Source of the DNA: Alphaproteobacteria bacterium
GTDB taxonomy: Bacteria > Pseudomonadota > Alphaproteobacteria > Bin95
Assembly: GCA_965205265.1 (NCBI GenBank)
Contig: CBDBGH010000003.1
Coordinates: 1,600,001-1,664,000, forward strand
DNA length: 64,000 nt
Direction of reading: 5' to 3'
Of this stretch, positions 42,850 to 53,764 are shown in pieces (position 1 is the stretch's first letter; each line of letters starts with the position of its first letter). A program made the position numbers and the translations under genes. The notes beneath the pieces were generated by a model. The model was not told where the DNA came from. It did no database searches and saw nothing but the letters and a program-made list of their open reading frames with translations.

Positions 42850-44552
42850 GGCGCCGCCGCCTCGACGAAGCACTCGAACGCATAGGCCCGCGCCTCCGCC
42901 GCCAGCCCGACGGCCGCGAGCGCGCGGACAATGGCAACCGCGGTCGGCATGTCGCTGCGGGCCCGGCCGCCCGACGCGATGACGGCGTAAAGAACGGCCT
43001 CGCCGATCCGCCCGCTCTTGCCGGCCGCATCGAGCCCCCGCCAGACGACCGGAGCCGGAAATTCGCCGGCTGTGCGCTGGAAGTCCGTCAGAAGGGCCGT
43101 CCAGTCCTGCTGGCGTACCGGCTCGCCCACGGCTTCCATCAGCGCAAACAGCATGGCGGCGCGCGAATAGGGAGGTTCGTCGCCGCCTGCTTCGAGCCAG
43201 CGCTGCAATCCGTCCTCGGCCCGGGACATCTTGTTTCCGGCATCGGCAAGCTTCATCGGCGCCCAGGCAAGCACCGCGCGATTGTTGTCCGTTTCGATCT
43301 CGGCGCCCCGCTCCGCTGCGGCGGCATACCACCGCTCGGCAATGTCGAAACGGCCTGCCGCGAGCGCGGCAAACACGGCGATCGAGGTATGCGGCGCCAG
43401 TTCCGGCGCCGGAACGATATCGGCCGCAAGTTCGATGGTGGCGCCCGCCACGGGCACCAGCAATCCCGCTGCAAGCGCATCCTGCCACAGCGGCGCCAGC
43501 GCCTGCATTCTCTGCTGCGGGTCCGTCGCCGCCATCGCCGCCTGCGCAAGCCGGGCGCGGGAATTATCGGTTTCGGCGGCCCGGAGATACCGGGCGAGCA
43601 GCGCCTTTGGCTCCAGCAGGCCGTCCCTGGCGGCTTGCTCGGCTTCGGCCTCCGTCCGGACCAGCCTCGCCCGCAGGCGCGCCGCCGCCGGGTCGCTGCG
43701 CAGCTTCCAGACTTCGGGCGGCGCTTCCCCGAGCCATGACAGCATTGCCACATTGAGCGCGGTAACCGGGCCGTCCTCCGGCAATGGCGGCGCATTCTCT
43801 CCGGCCGCATCCAGCGCGCGCAGCATCAGTCCTTCGAACAGCGGGTCTCCCCCTGCATCGACCTCGCGAAGGATGTCGAGAATGAGGTGCGCCCGGTCCG
43901 CTTCCCCGGCCATGGCGGCGCAGAACGCCGCTGCGCGCTGCACATAGGCCGAAGGCGCGCGTATCATCTCCGCGTTCGCAGCTTCGCAGGCGGTCTCGAG
44001 ATCGCCCGATGCCAGATCGGGATCGACAGCCGCGGAACCGGCCGAAGGCGGCGGCGTCTCCAGCCCCGCCGCCTCGGCCAGCAACGCCGCTTCCCGGTCG
44101 CGGCCGAGACTCTGAAGCAACCCGACCCGCAAGGGCGCCAGCCGCGGCCCCTCGCCCTCGGGCGGCGCCGCACCGGCCGCCAGGACCCGGAACAGCACGT
44201 CCCTCAGCGAAGGCGAGGCGACGGCCTGCGGCAGGCCCTCGAGCAGGCGGGCGACCGCCATTCTCGAACTGCCCCGCCAGAGCGGCAGACCGAACCCGCC
44301 TTCGAAACCCGGCAGGCCGGCCGAATCGGGATCGCTCGGTTTGGCCGGCGCGACCAGGACCGTCGGCCCCTGCGCGGCCGGCGCTTCCTGCTGCTGCGAT
44401 CGTTCCGCCGGCTCCTCATTCGTCTCGGCGCCGCGCGGAGGATCGGCCGGAAAGAGCCGGATCGGCGCGCGCCTGTCCTCGGCTGCGGCGGTTGCGGCCA
44501 TGAAACCGGCAGCGAGCCCGCAGATCAGCGCCCTAGCGAGGGAAACGGTCAT
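42846..44552 (-). CDS. Exported Ala-rich helical hypothetical protein
   Basis: Signal peptide, GGFG.PLWRGS motif, coupled to xerD. Confidence 0.72.
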   Translation of the reverse strand: MTVSLARALICGLAAGFMAATAAAEDRRAPIRLFPADPPRGAETNEEPAERSQQQEAPAAQGPTVLVAPAKPSDPDSAGLPGFEGGFGLPLWRGSSRMAVARLLEGLPQAVASPSLRDVLFRVLAAGAAPPEGEGPRLAPLRVGLLQSLGRDREAALLAEAAGLETPPPSAGSAAVDPDLASGDLETACEAANAEMIRAPSAYVQRAAAFCAAMAGEADRAHLILDILREVDAGGDPLFEGLMLRALDAAGENAPPLPEDGPVTALNVAMLSWLGEAPPEVWKLRSDPAAARLRARLVRTEAEAEQAARDGLLEPKALLARYLRAAETDNSRARLAQAAMAATDPQQRMQALAPLWQDALAAGLLVPVAGATIELAADIVPAPELAPHTSIAVFAALAAGRFDIAERWYAAAAERGAEIETDNNRAVLAWAPMKLADAGNKMSRAEDGLQRWLEAGGDEPPYSRAAMLFALMEAVGEPVRQQDWTALLTDFQRTAGEFPAPVVWRGLDAAGKSGRIGEAVLYAVIASGGRARSDMPTAVAIVRALAAVGLAAEARAYAFECFVEAAAP

Positions 44553-44682
44553 CCGGCAACACCTTTTCCACCGTTGTTTCCGGCGGGAGCGAATCCACGA
44601 GTCCGAAATAGAGCAGCGCCGCCGCAACCGCCGCGCCCAGGAGCCCGAGCAGCAGGTTCAGGAACAGTCTCCGAGCGTCCAT
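44533..44682 (-). CDS. Small membrane-anchored protein (49 aa)
   Basis: GAGGAAGG RBS, one TM helix, then PPETTVEKVLPDDRFPR. Confidence 0.6.
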   Translation of the reverse strand: MDARRLFLNLLLGLLGAAVAAALLYFGLVDSLPPETTVEKVLPDDRFPR

Positions 44683-44830
44683 AACCCTTCCTCGCTTTCG
44701 CCTCCGGGGTGGCGGTCCGGCGCTCATTCCCGATAATGCGATTCTAGCGAAAACCGTTCAAAGGCGCGAATGCGGCAAAAGCAAGGCTTTGCTTTCCGCC
44801 GCAAGCGCCCATATCCCGGGAATGCCGTCC

Positions 44831-45382
44831 ATGAGCCTGACCAGAACCGTCGCACTGATCGGCATGATGGGCGCCGGCAAGACCAAGGTCGGCCGCCTGC
44901 TGGCCCAACGCCAGGGACTTGCCTTCATCGATGCCGACAACGAAATCCAGGAGGCGGCCGGCTGCTCCATCGAAGACATTTTCGAAACGCAGGGCGAGGA
45001 CGCGTTCCGCGAAGGCGAACGCAAGGTGATTGCCCGGCTGCTGAGCGGCCCGTTGCATGTACTTGCCACCGGCGGCGGCGCGTTCCAGAACCCCTCCACG
45101 CGCGCCGTTATTGCGGAGCGCGCGGTTTCGGTCTGGCTTAAGGCGGACTTCGATGTGCTCTGGGAGCGCGTGTCCCGGCGCTCCAACCGCCCGATGCTCA
45201 AGACGGCAAACCCGCAGCGCACGCTCGCCGATCTCATCGAGCAGCGCTACCCGGTCTACGCGCTCGCCGAACTCACCGTGATGAGCCAGGCGGGGCCGGT
45301 CGAGGACACCGTTGAGCGAGTGGAAGATGCATTGCGCGGCGCAGGCTATCTGGCCAACGGGCGCGTGGAGAGCAGCCGATGA
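44831..45382 (+). CDS. aroK: Shikimate kinase
   Basis: [23 protein letters not shown]. Confidence 0.94.
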   Translation: MSLTRTVALIGMMGAGKTKVGRLLAQRQGLAFIDADNEIQEAAGCSIEDIFETQGEDAFREGERKVIARLLSGPLHVLATGGGAFQNPSTRAVIAERAVSVWLKADFDVLWERVSRRSNRPMLKTANPQRTLADLIEQRYPVYALAELTVMSQAGPVEDTVERVEDALRGAGYLANGRVESSR

Positions 45383-46494
45383 AGCCGGTGCGGAAGATCG
45401 AGGTCGGCCTCGGCGAACGCAGCTACGACATTCTGGCCGGACCCGGACTGATGGAGCGCGCTGGCGACTGGCTGCTGCCGGTGCTCAGGCGCCGCCGCGT
45501 CGCGGTCGTCACGGACGAGAATGTCGCCGCGCATCATCTTCCGCGGCTGGCGGCGGGGCTGGAGGCCGCCGGCATCGCGTTCGCGCCCGTCTCGTTGCCG
45601 CCCGGCGAGGCGACCAAGTCCTTCCGCCACCTGGAAGACCTGCTGAACCGGCTGCTCGATGCGGGGCTCGACCGGGGCGGCTGCATCCTCGCGCTCGGCG
45701 GCGGCGTGGTGGGAGATCTTGCAGGCTTCGCCGCCGCGATCCTGCTGCGCGGCATAGACTATGTGCAAATCCCCACGACCCTGCTTGCCCAGGTGGACAG
45801 CGCCGTCGGCGGCAAGACGGCCATCGATACGCCGCAGGGCAAAAATCTCGTCGGGGCCTTCCACCAGCCGCGTCTTGTGCTCGCGGATACGACCTCGCTT
45901 GCCACCCTGCCCGACCGCGAACTCCGGGCCGGCTATGCGGAAATCGTGAAATACGGCCTGATCGACCGGCCGGACTTCTTCGGCTGGCTGGAGGAGAACG
46001 GCGCGCGGGTGCTGGCGCGCGAGGACGACGCGCTCGCCCAGGCCATCGCCGTGAGTTGCGAGGCGAAGGCCGATGTCGTGGCGGCGGACGAGCGCGAGGC
46101 CGGACGCCGCGCCCTGCTCAATCTGGGCCACACTTTCGGCCATGCCTTCGAGGCGGAGGCCGGCTTCGGCGATGCGCTGCTGCACGGCGAGGCGGTTTCC
46201 CTCGGCATGGCGCTCGCCTTCCGGATGTCCGTGCGGCTGGGGCTCTGCCCGGCGGACGACCTCGCCCGTATACGGGCGCATCTCGCCGGCGCGGACCTGC
46301 CCGTGGACCCGCCGGGCGCCAATGCCTCGCCGGCGCGCCGGAATGAACTGGTCGAGCGGATGCGCCGCGACAAGAAAGCGGAAGCCGGCCGCATCGTGCT
46401 GGTGCTGGCCCGGGGCATCGGCCGCGCCTTCGTCCACCGCGATGTCGAGGAGGAGACGCTTGCCGCCCTGCTCGACGAGGCGCTGGCGGCATGA
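45379..46494 (+). CDS. aroB: 3-dehydroquinate synthase
   Basis: [39 protein letters not shown]. Confidence 0.96.
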   Translation: MKPVRKIEVGLGERSYDILAGPGLMERAGDWLLPVLRRRRVAVVTDENVAAHHLPRLAAGLEAAGIAFAPVSLPPGEATKSFRHLEDLLNRLLDAGLDRGGCILALGGGVVGDLAGFAAAILLRGIDYVQIPTTLLAQVDSAVGGKTAIDTPQGKNLVGAFHQPRLVLADTTSLATLPDRELRAGYAEIVKYGLIDRPDFFGWLEENGARVLAREDDALAQAIAVSCEAKADVVAADEREAGRRALLNLGHTFGHAFEAEAGFGDALLHGEAVSLGMALAFRMSVRLGLCPADDLARIRAHLAGADLPVDPPGANASPARRNELVERMRRDKKAEAGRIVLVLARGIGRAFVHRDVEEETLAALLDEALAA

Positions 46495-47753
46495 CGCTGG
46501 AATTCTGGATTATCATCGGCGCCATACTGGCGCTGCTGGTGCTCTCGGCGTTCTTCTCCGGGTCCGAGACGGCGCTGACGGCCGTCAGCAGCGCGCGCAT
46601 GCACCACCGCGCGCGGCGGGGCGATGCCGGCGCCGCGGCCGTGCGCCGCCTGCGCGCCGACCGGGAAGGGCTGATTGCGGCGATCCTGCTCGGCAACAAC
46701 CTGGTCAACATTCTCGCGGCGTCGCTTGCGACAAGCCTCCTGATCGGCCTGTTCGGAGAGGCCGGGGTCGCCTATGCGACCGCGGTAATGACGCTGCTGA
46801 TCCTGGTCTTCGCCGAGGTGCTGCCCAAGACCTACGCCTTCAACCGCGCCGACCGGGTGGCGCCTGCCGTCGCGCCGTGGATCGCCCGTCTTGTCCTGGT
46901 GTTCGGGCCGCCGGCGCGCGCCATCCAGTGGGTCGTGCGCAGCGTGCTCCGCCTGTTCGGCATCGCGGAGACGCCGGCGGCCGGGTCCGAGGAGCACGAG
47001 GAGGAACTCCGGGGCGCAATCGAGCTGCACCGCGGCGAGGGCGAGGAAATCCGCGACGAACGGCGGATGCTGCGCAGCGTGCTGGACCTCGGCGACGTCT
47101 CCGTCGGCGAAGTGATGACGCACCGGAGCAACATGACGATCGTGGACCTCTCGCTGCCGCCGGAGGAGGTCGTGGCCCAGGTGCTGGCCAGCCCCTATAC
47201 CCGCCTGCCGCTCTGGCGCGACGACCCGGACAACATCGTCGGCGTGCTGCACGCCAAGGCCGTCCTGCGCTCCCTGCACGAAACGGGCGCGGCGGGCCTC
47301 GATGCGGCCGCGCTTGCTGCCAAGCCCTGGTTCATCCCGGAGCAGACCACCCTGCTCGACCAGCTGCACGCCTTCCGGCGCCGGCGGGAGCATTTTGCCC
47401 TCGTCGTGGACGAATACGGCGCGCTGATGGGGCTGGTGACGCTGGAGGACATTCTGGAGGAGATCGTCGGCGATATTGCCGACGAGCACGATGTCGCGGT
47501 GCCGGGCGTGCGCGCCCAGCCTGACGGCTCCTATATCTGCAGCGGCGGGGTGACCATCCGGGACCTTAACCGCGAGTTCGAATGGACGCTCCCGGACCAG
47601 GACGCCACGACCCTGGCCGGCCTGCTGCTACGCGAATCGCGGCGCATCCCCACGCCCGGCCAGGCCTTCGATGTCCACGGCTTCCGCTTCGAGGTGCTGC
47701 GCCGCAACCGCCAGCAGATTGCGACCATCCGCATCACGCCGCCCCGGCGGTGA
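46491..47753 (+). CDS. HlyC/CorC (CNNM + CBS) family transporter
   Basis: [36 protein letters not shown]. Confidence 0.92.
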   Translation: MTLEFWIIIGAILALLVLSAFFSGSETALTAVSSARMHHRARRGDAGAAAVRRLRADREGLIAAILLGNNLVNILAASLATSLLIGLFGEAGVAYATAVMTLLILVFAEVLPKTYAFNRADRVAPAVAPWIARLVLVFGPPARAIQWVVRSVLRLFGIAETPAAGSEEHEEELRGAIELHRGEGEEIRDERRMLRSVLDLGDVSVGEVMTHRSNMTIVDLSLPPEEVVAQVLASPYTRLPLWRDDPDNIVGVLHAKAVLRSLHETGAAGLDAAALAAKPWFIPEQTTLLDQLHAFRRRREHFALVVDEYGALMGLVTLEDILEEIVGDIADEHDVAVPGVRAQPDGSYICSGGVTIRDLNREFEWTLPDQDATTLAGLLLRESRRIPTPGQAFDVHGFRFEVLRRNRQQIATIRITPPRR

Positions 47754-47806
47754 CGACAGGGCGCGGCCGGGGGCTATAATCCCCGCGACTTCGAGGGAGG
47801 GCCCCC

Positions 47807-48586
47807 ATGGCCGAGCGCGAATTCTGCACCGTCGAACGCGACGGACGCCTGCTGATCGTTACCCTGAACCGCCCGGAGCGCTACAACGCGCTGCACTTCC
47901 CGGCGCATTTCGAGCTTGCGGAGGTCTGGGACGAATTCGCGGACGACCCCGAGCTCTGGGTCGCCATCGTCACCGGCGCGGGCGACAAGGCGTTCTGCGC
48001 CGGCAACGACTTGCGCTTCCAGGCGGAAGGCAATGTCCGCAAACGCTGCCCGACCGGCTTTGCAGGGCTCACCAACCGCTACGACCTCAACAAGCCCGTC
48101 ATCGCCGCCGTCAACGGCTTTGCGATGGGCGGCGGCTTCGAGGTCGCGCTCGCCTGCGACCTGATTATTGCGGCCGAGAATGCGGTCTTCGCCCTGCCGG
48201 AGCCGCGCGTCGGCCTCATGGCGGGCGCCGGCGGCGTCCACCGTCTGCCCCGGATCATCGGCCAGAAGCGGGCGCTCGGCATGATCCTGACCGGGCGCCG
48301 CGTCGGCCCCGAGGAGGGCAAGGAACTCGGCTTCGTCAACGAGGTCGTCCCCGAAGGCGAGGCCGTGGCGGGGGCCCGTCGCTGGGCCGCGCAGATCCTC
48401 GAATGCGCGCCGATCTCGATCCGCGCCTCGAAGGAGGCGGTCTATGCCGGCTTGGACGAGGCAACCCTGGAGGCGGCCATCAACCGGACCTATGAGGAAC
48501 AGCATGTCCTGATCGACAGCGCGGACTACATTGAGGGCCCGAAGGCGTTCGCCGAGAAGCGCCCGCCGGTCTGGCGGAACGAATGA
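47807..48586 (+). CDS. Enoyl-CoA hydratase/crotonase
   Basis: FCAGNDL, AVNGFAMGGGFE, LPEPRVG, AFAEKR. Confidence 0.92.
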   Translation: MAEREFCTVERDGRLLIVTLNRPERYNALHFPAHFELAEVWDEFADDPELWVAIVTGAGDKAFCAGNDLRFQAEGNVRKRCPTGFAGLTNRYDLNKPVIAAVNGFAMGGGFEVALACDLIIAAENAVFALPEPRVGLMAGAGGVHRLPRIIGQKRALGMILTGRRVGPEEGKELGFVNEVVPEGEAVAGARRWAAQILECAPISIRASKEAVYAGLDEATLEAAINRTYEEQHVLIDSADYIEGPKAFAEKRPPVWRNE

Positions 48587-49449
48587 TGGAGCCGCAAACC
48601 TGGCTCGACGGGGTCTGGCACGCCGGCAACCCGCCGATCTTCGGGCCGATGACCCATGCGGCCTGGATGGCTTCGGTCGCCTTCGACGGCGCGCGGGCCT
48701 TCGAGGGCGTCATGCCGGACCTCGACCGCCACGCCGCCCGCGCCATCGATTCCGCGCGCGCGCTCGGCCTCGAGCCGAAAATCCCGGCCGAGGAAATCGC
48801 CGCGCTTGCGGTGGAGGGCGTGCGCCGCTTCCCGGAAGGCACGGAACTCTATATCCGCCCGCTGTTCTGGGCCGATGACGGCTTCGTGGAGCCGGAGGCG
48901 GAGTCCACGCGCTTCATGCTGACGCTGTTCGAACTGCCCTTGCCCACGCCCGACGACACCGTGACGGCGGCCGTCGCCGACGAGCGCCGCCCGCGGCCCG
49001 CCATGGCGCCGACCGACGCCAAGGCGTCGTGCCTCTATCCCAATGTGCAGCGGATGATGCGCAAGGCGCGCCAGCGCGGCTTCTCGACCGCCGTGGTGCT
49101 CGACCCCGACGACAAGGTGGCGGAATTCGCGACCGCCAACCTCTTCATGGTCCGGGACGGCAAGGTCGCCACGCCCGCCGACAACGGCACCTTCCTCAAC
49201 GGCATCACCCGCCAGCGGATGATCCGGCTGTTGCGGGAAGACGGCCATGAGGTCGCGGAGCGGACCGTCGAACTGGAGGAACTGCTGGAGGCCGACGAGG
49301 TGTTCGCGACCGGCAATGCGCCCAAGGTCATCCCGGCGAGCCGGATCGAGGAGCGCGACTTCCAGCCGGGGCCGGTCGCGCGGCGGGCGCGGGAGCTCTA
49401 CTGGGCCTTCGCCCACGCCCACGGAAAGCCGGCCGATTTCGGCCTCTGA
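48583..49449 (+). CDS. Class IV (branched-chain-type) aminotransferase
   Basis: FDGARAF, YIRP, AKASCLY, EFATAN, FLNGITR. Confidence 0.9.
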   Translation: MMEPQTWLDGVWHAGNPPIFGPMTHAAWMASVAFDGARAFEGVMPDLDRHAARAIDSARALGLEPKIPAEEIAALAVEGVRRFPEGTELYIRPLFWADDGFVEPEAESTRFMLTLFELPLPTPDDTVTAAVADERRPRPAMAPTDAKASCLYPNVQRMMRKARQRGFSTAVVLDPDDKVAEFATANLFMVRDGKVATPADNGTFLNGITRQRMIRLLREDGHEVAERTVELEELLEADEVFATGNAPKVIPASRIEERDFQPGPVARRARELYWAFAHAHGKPADFGL

Positions 49450-49489
49450 CCGGCGACGAAACGCTCCCTCTCAAGGAGGTATCCGCCCC

Positions 49490-50116
49490 ATGGCTCTCAC
49501 GCTTTACGGCATCGCGTTCAGCCGCGCCTTCCGCTCGCTCTGGGCGGCGAACGAACTCGGGCTCGACTACACCCATGTGCCGACGCATTTCATGAAGGAG
49601 TCGAAGCAGGCGGACTATCTCGCGGTCAATCCGAACGGGCGCGTGCCGGCGATGGTGGACGGCGACCTCGTGCTCTTCGAGTCCATGGCGATCAACCTCT
49701 ATCTGGCCCGCGCCTACGGCGCGCCGCTCAGGGTGGACAATCCCGCAGACGAGGCGCGGGCTGTGCAGTGGAGCTTCTGGGGAATCACGGAGCTGGAGAG
49801 CACGCTGCTCCGGGCGATGTTCACCGCGCTCGGCCTGTTCGGCGAGGAGGCCGATCCTGCGAAGGCGAACGAGACGCTGAACAAAGGCTGCGGCCGCGCG
49901 CTCGGCGTGCTCGACCGGCATCTGGAAGGCCGCGACTGGCTGGTCGGCGAAAGCTTCAGCGTGGCCGATTTGAATGTCGCGGGCGTAATGAACCTCGCGC
50001 TCTCGGGGCGGCTCGACCTTTCCCGGTGGGGGAATGTCAAGGGATGGCTCGACTGCTGCTACGGCCGGCCGGGCGCAAAGAAGACGCTGGAGATGGCCCG
50101 CGCGGCGCGCGGCTGA
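49490..50116 (+). CDS. Glutathione S-transferase
   Basis: AAGGAGG RBS, SRAFR, NPNGRVP, ESMAINLYLA, FSVADL. Confidence 0.9.
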   Translation: MALTLYGIAFSRAFRSLWAANELGLDYTHVPTHFMKESKQADYLAVNPNGRVPAMVDGDLVLFESMAINLYLARAYGAPLRVDNPADEARAVQWSFWGITELESTLLRAMFTALGLFGEEADPAKANETLNKGCGRALGVLDRHLEGRDWLVGESFSVADLNVAGVMNLALSGRLDLSRWGNVKGWLDCCYGRPGAKKTLEMARAARG

Positions 50117-50140
50117 GCGCTCCGGCGGCGGGAGGCGCCC

Positions 50141-51313
50141 ATGAAGATCGCGGATGTCGAGGCCATTGCGCTCGCCGTCCCGATGAAGAGGGAAATCGCG
50201 GCGCCGATCAGCATGCCGCGGGCAGACGAGGTCGCCGGAGTCGTGTTCCGGGAATACCGTTCGGTCATCGTCCGCATCCGCACGGACAACGGCATTGAGG
50301 GCGTGGGCGAGTGCATGACGCGGCTGTCGGGAACGGCGCTGCGCGACATCGTCGACTATGTCGCCCCGCTGCTGGTCGGCAAGGACCCGCGCGATGTCGA
50401 ATATCTCTGGGACCTGCTCTGGTCCGTGATGATGAACCGGGGCCACCAGAAGGGCTTCTACCTCGAGGCCATGGCCGGCATCGACACGGCGCTCTGGGAC
50501 ATCTGGGGCAAGTCCGCAGGCGTGCCGGTGTGGCGGCTGCTCGGCGGCAGGACCAATCCGAAGCTCTGGGCCTACGCCTCGTCGCTCAGGCTCCGCGACA
50601 TCGGCATCCTCCGCGAGGAGATCGACGCGCACAAGGCCAGCGGCTTCAACGCCATGAAGATCAAGATCGGCCGGGACCCGATGGAATGGCGCCGCGAAAT
50701 CCGGACCGTCGAGCAGATCAGGAGCCATGCCGGCGACGGCGTCACGCTCATGGCGGACGCGAATTGCGGCTACGGGCACGACCGCAAGACCGCGCTCCAG
50801 GTCGGGCAGGCGCTCGAAGCACTCGGCCTCTATTGGTTCGAGGAGCCGCTCGCGCCCGACGACATCGACGGCTACGCCTTCCTGCGGGACGGGCTGGGCA
50901 TCCGGATCGCGACAGGCGAGGCGGATTTCAACCGCTTCAGCTTCGCCCGCTTCTTCAGGCGCGACGCCATAGACATCGTGCAGCATGACGCGGCGCGGGC
51001 GGGCGGCATCACCGAGGCGCGGAAGATCGCCGACATGGCCTCCGCCTTCCGGGTGCTTTACGCGCCGCATACGGGCAGCTCGTCCAACATCGTCATGGCC
51101 GCATCGCTGCATCTCGCCACCTACGCGCCCAACTTCCTGATCTACGAATACATGCGGAGCGACTGGAACCGGGAGGAGCCCAACCCGCTGCGCTCGGAGC
51201 TGTGCGACCTGCCGATCGGGTCCTTCGAGGACGGCTGTCTGGAGATGGAAGACCGCCCGGGCCTCGGCATCGCGCTCAACGAGGAAGTCATCGAGAAATA
51301 CCGCCTGCCCTGA
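50141..51313 (+). CDS. Mandelate racemase/muconate lactonizing enzyme family
   Basis: GIDTALWD, KIKIG, MADAN, WFEEP, ATGE, PGLG. Confidence 0.9.
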   Translation: MKIADVEAIALAVPMKREIAAPISMPRADEVAGVVFREYRSVIVRIRTDNGIEGVGECMTRLSGTALRDIVDYVAPLLVGKDPRDVEYLWDLLWSVMMNRGHQKGFYLEAMAGIDTALWDIWGKSAGVPVWRLLGGRTNPKLWAYASSLRLRDIGILREEIDAHKASGFNAMKIKIGRDPMEWRREIRTVEQIRSHAGDGVTLMADANCGYGHDRKTALQVGQALEALGLYWFEEPLAPDDIDGYAFLRDGLGIRIATGEADFNRFSFARFFRRDAIDIVQHDAARAGGITEARKIADMASAFRVLYAPHTGSSSNIVMAASLHLATYAPNFLIYEYMRSDWNREEPNPLRSELCDLPIGSFEDGCLEMEDRPGLGIALNEEVIEKYRLP

Positions 51314-51462
51314 TGCGGGAGCGCGCGCGGCCGGCGGGCCTCCTCGACTCCTGCCCCCGGCATGTGTCAGACTTTTCCTTTCAAATGCTTCCGGGGCTCC
51401 CGGATCGTACCGGGTGTATCAGAGCATTCTTCGTCCAGCCCCAACATGCAGAGGGATGACGA

Positions 51463-51676
51463 ATGGCCGAAGACTCCACCACCGAGCAACGCCTCGATCA
51501 CATCGAACAGGCGATGGTGTATTTCAATCGCCGCCAGAATGAGGACCTCGCCCTGTCGCAGGAGATGAGGCTGGACTTCCTGCAGGAGTTCAAGGCGGTC
51601 CAAGGCGGTCCGGAAGGCGATCTACATCATGGCGGCTGCGCTGGTTGTCACCACAGTCGCGATATCCTTTGTATGA
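51463..51676 (+). pseudogene. Small coiled-coil + C-terminal TM protein disrupted by a 10-bp tandem duplication
   Basis: CAAGGCGGTC x2 at 51591-51610. Removing one copy gives a 67-aa ORF ending ...FKAVRKAIYIMAAALVVTTVAISFV*. Confidence 0.6.
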
Positions 51677-51737
51677 CGCGCCATAGTGCCCGGAAGCCGT
51701 CGAATTCCTTCGGGCTTGTCAGAAACAGTATCCCTTT

Positions 51738-53300
51738 TCAGGGCATCACGCCGTGGCGCAGGGTCGGGGCCGGGGCCTCTGTGCGGCGCAGTTCGGCGCG
51801 GTCGAGGGCTTCGATGAGGCGCGGGCGCGTTTCCGCCGGGTCGATCACATCGTCGATCTTCATGGCTTCCGCCGCCGGCCAGGCCCCGCAGAGGCGCCCG
51901 TATTCCCGGACCAGGCGCTCGTAGAGCGCGTCGGGGTCCTCCGCGCTTTCGAGTTCCGCCTTGTAGGCCGCCTTTATGCCGCTCTCCAGCGGAATGGCGT
52001 TGAAGTCCGCCGTCGGCCAGGCGAGCACTGCCGACTGCCCGGCGCCATAGCCGCCCATCGCCGCAGCCCCGTAGCCGAAGGCCTTATGCAGCACTACGGT
52101 CACCAGCGGCGTGTTGGCGAAGGCGAAGCTGCTGGCGACCGCCATGCCGACCCTGAGCGCCCCCTCGCGTTCCGACTTCGGCCCCGTCATCACGCCCGGC
52201 GTGTCGGTCAGGAAGACGACCGGCAGGTGGTAGGCCGCGGCGAGGTCGATGAAGCGGCGGAGCTTGTGCCCGGCCGCGGCCGTGATCGCGCCCGCCATCA
52301 CCTTGGGCTGGTTCGCCGCAACCGCCACCGCCCGGCCCTCGAGGCGCGCGAAGCCGGTAATCATCATGCGGGCATAGTCCGGCTTCAGCTCGAAGAAGCT
52401 CTCCCGGTCGAAGATCGCCGCAATCGCCTTCTTCATGTCGTAAGGACGCCGCCGGTTCTCCGGGATGAGGTTACGCAGAACTTCCCCTGCCCCGTCGGGC
52501 GCCGGTTCCGCCTCCGCCCCCGGCGGCCAGGCCCAGGCATTCGCCGGCATGAAGGAGAGGTAGCGCTTCAGCTGCCGGACGGCGTCCGCCTCGTCCTCGG
52601 CGGCATTGTCGGCCACGCCCGAGACGCGGCAATGCACCTCCCAGCCGCCGAGTTCCTCCTTGGAGACGCGCTCGCCCGTGCCCATCGCCACCAGCGGCGG
52701 CCCGCCGGCGGCCAGCATGCCCTCCCCCTTCACCATGACGATGAATTCCATCATCGACGCCAGAAGGGAGCTGTCCCCGGCCGTCGGGCCCAGCACCGCC
52801 GCGATCGTCGGCGCCGTGCCGGAGAGCCGCGCCACATCCATGAAATGGTGCATCGGCGCGAGGCCCTCGCCGATATATTCGTCCGTGCGCGCGCCCGCCC
52901 CGTCGAACAGCCAGACCAGCGGCACCCGGTCGCGCAGCGCCAGCTCGATCATCCGGTGCTTCTTCGCGAAGTTCACCAGCCCGAGCGAGCCGCCGAGCAC
53001 GGTGAAATCTTCGGCGACCACGCCGGCAATGCGCCCGTCGATCCGCCCGAAGCCGGTCACGACGCCGTCGGCCGGAGTGTGCTTGTCCTTCACCGGCGTC
53101 ACGCGCGTCGGCGCGTGCCTCGCAAGCCCGCCGATCTCCGTGAAGCTGCCCGCATCCATGAGCATCGCGACCCGCTCGCGCGCCGTCTGCTTGCCGGCCC
53201 GGCGCTGGCGGGCGACCTTCGCCTCGCCGCCATGCCCTTCGGCTACGGCCCGGCGGCGCGCGAGTTCGCCCAGCGTCCCTTCCGCGAAGTCTCTGGTCAT
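51738..53300 (-). CDS. Acyl-CoA carboxylase carboxyltransferase (PccB-like)
   Basis: TARERV, ADGVVTG, DFTVLGGS, ANQP, DTPG, DDVIDPAETR. Confidence 0.9.
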   Translation of the reverse strand: MTRDFAEGTLGELARRRAVAEGHGGEAKVARQRRAGKQTARERVAMLMDAGSFTEIGGLARHAPTRVTPVKDKHTPADGVVTGFGRIDGRIAGVVAEDFTVLGGSLGLVNFAKKHRMIELALRDRVPLVWLFDGAGARTDEYIGEGLAPMHHFMDVARLSGTAPTIAAVLGPTAGDSSLLASMMEFIVMVKGEGMLAAGGPPLVAMGTGERVSKEELGGWEVHCRVSGVADNAAEDEADAVRQLKRYLSFMPANAWAWPPGAEAEPAPDGAGEVLRNLIPENRRRPYDMKKAIAAIFDRESFFELKPDYARMMITGFARLEGRAVAVAANQPKVMAGAITAAAGHKLRRFIDLAAAYHLPVVFLTDTPGVMTGPKSEREGALRVGMAVASSFAFANTPLVTVVLHKAFGYGAAAMGGYGAGQSAVLAWPTADFNAIPLESGIKAAYKAELESAEDPDALYERLVREYGRLCGAWPAAEAMKIDDVIDPAETRPRLIEALDRAELRRTEAPAPTLRHGVMP

Positions 53301-53317
53301 TCGCGTTGCCCCTTTTC

Positions 53318-53719
53318 CGTCATGCCCGGACTTGTTCCATTGCTGTCCGGTTTAGCCATTGGGCGAGGCTGAACGGGAGTCCGCCGGGGGTTTCGGGGGC
53401 GCGCGGCGTCTGCGATCCGCCCCTTGCCCGTGAGGCCCGAATGCCCCCTTCGACAGGCTCAGGGCAGGCTCTTTCGTCATACCCGGACTTGTTCCGGGTA
53501 TCTCTCTCAAGCGGCTCCACCGGGCGGCCGTATGGATGCCCGGAACAAGTCCGGGCATGACGATATGGGGGGCGGGCATGACGGGAACAGGGCCGGGCCG
53601 CCGGGCGTCGATCCGAGTCCCGATCCCGCCGAACCCCTCGAAACCCAGTTGAATCCAAGCCATACGCTCTGTCCACCAAATCTAAGCCGGACAGCAGTGG
53701 ACTTGTTCCGGGCATGACG
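53318..53719. repeat. Single CGTC...GACG hairpin hosting MITE-1
   Basis: CGTCATGCCCGGACTTGTTCC [MITE] GGACTTGTTCCGGGCATGACG. Confidence 0.85.
53339..53698. mobile_element. MITE-1 copy C (360 bp)
   Basis: Same TIRs as copy A, DR GGACTTGTTCC at 53328-53338 and 53699-53709, internal CGTC dimer at 53475-53562. Confidence 0.88.
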
Positions 53720-53764
53720 ATAGAGCGCGGCCGAGCCGGTGAGGTCGTGCGGCGGCCTCCGGAC

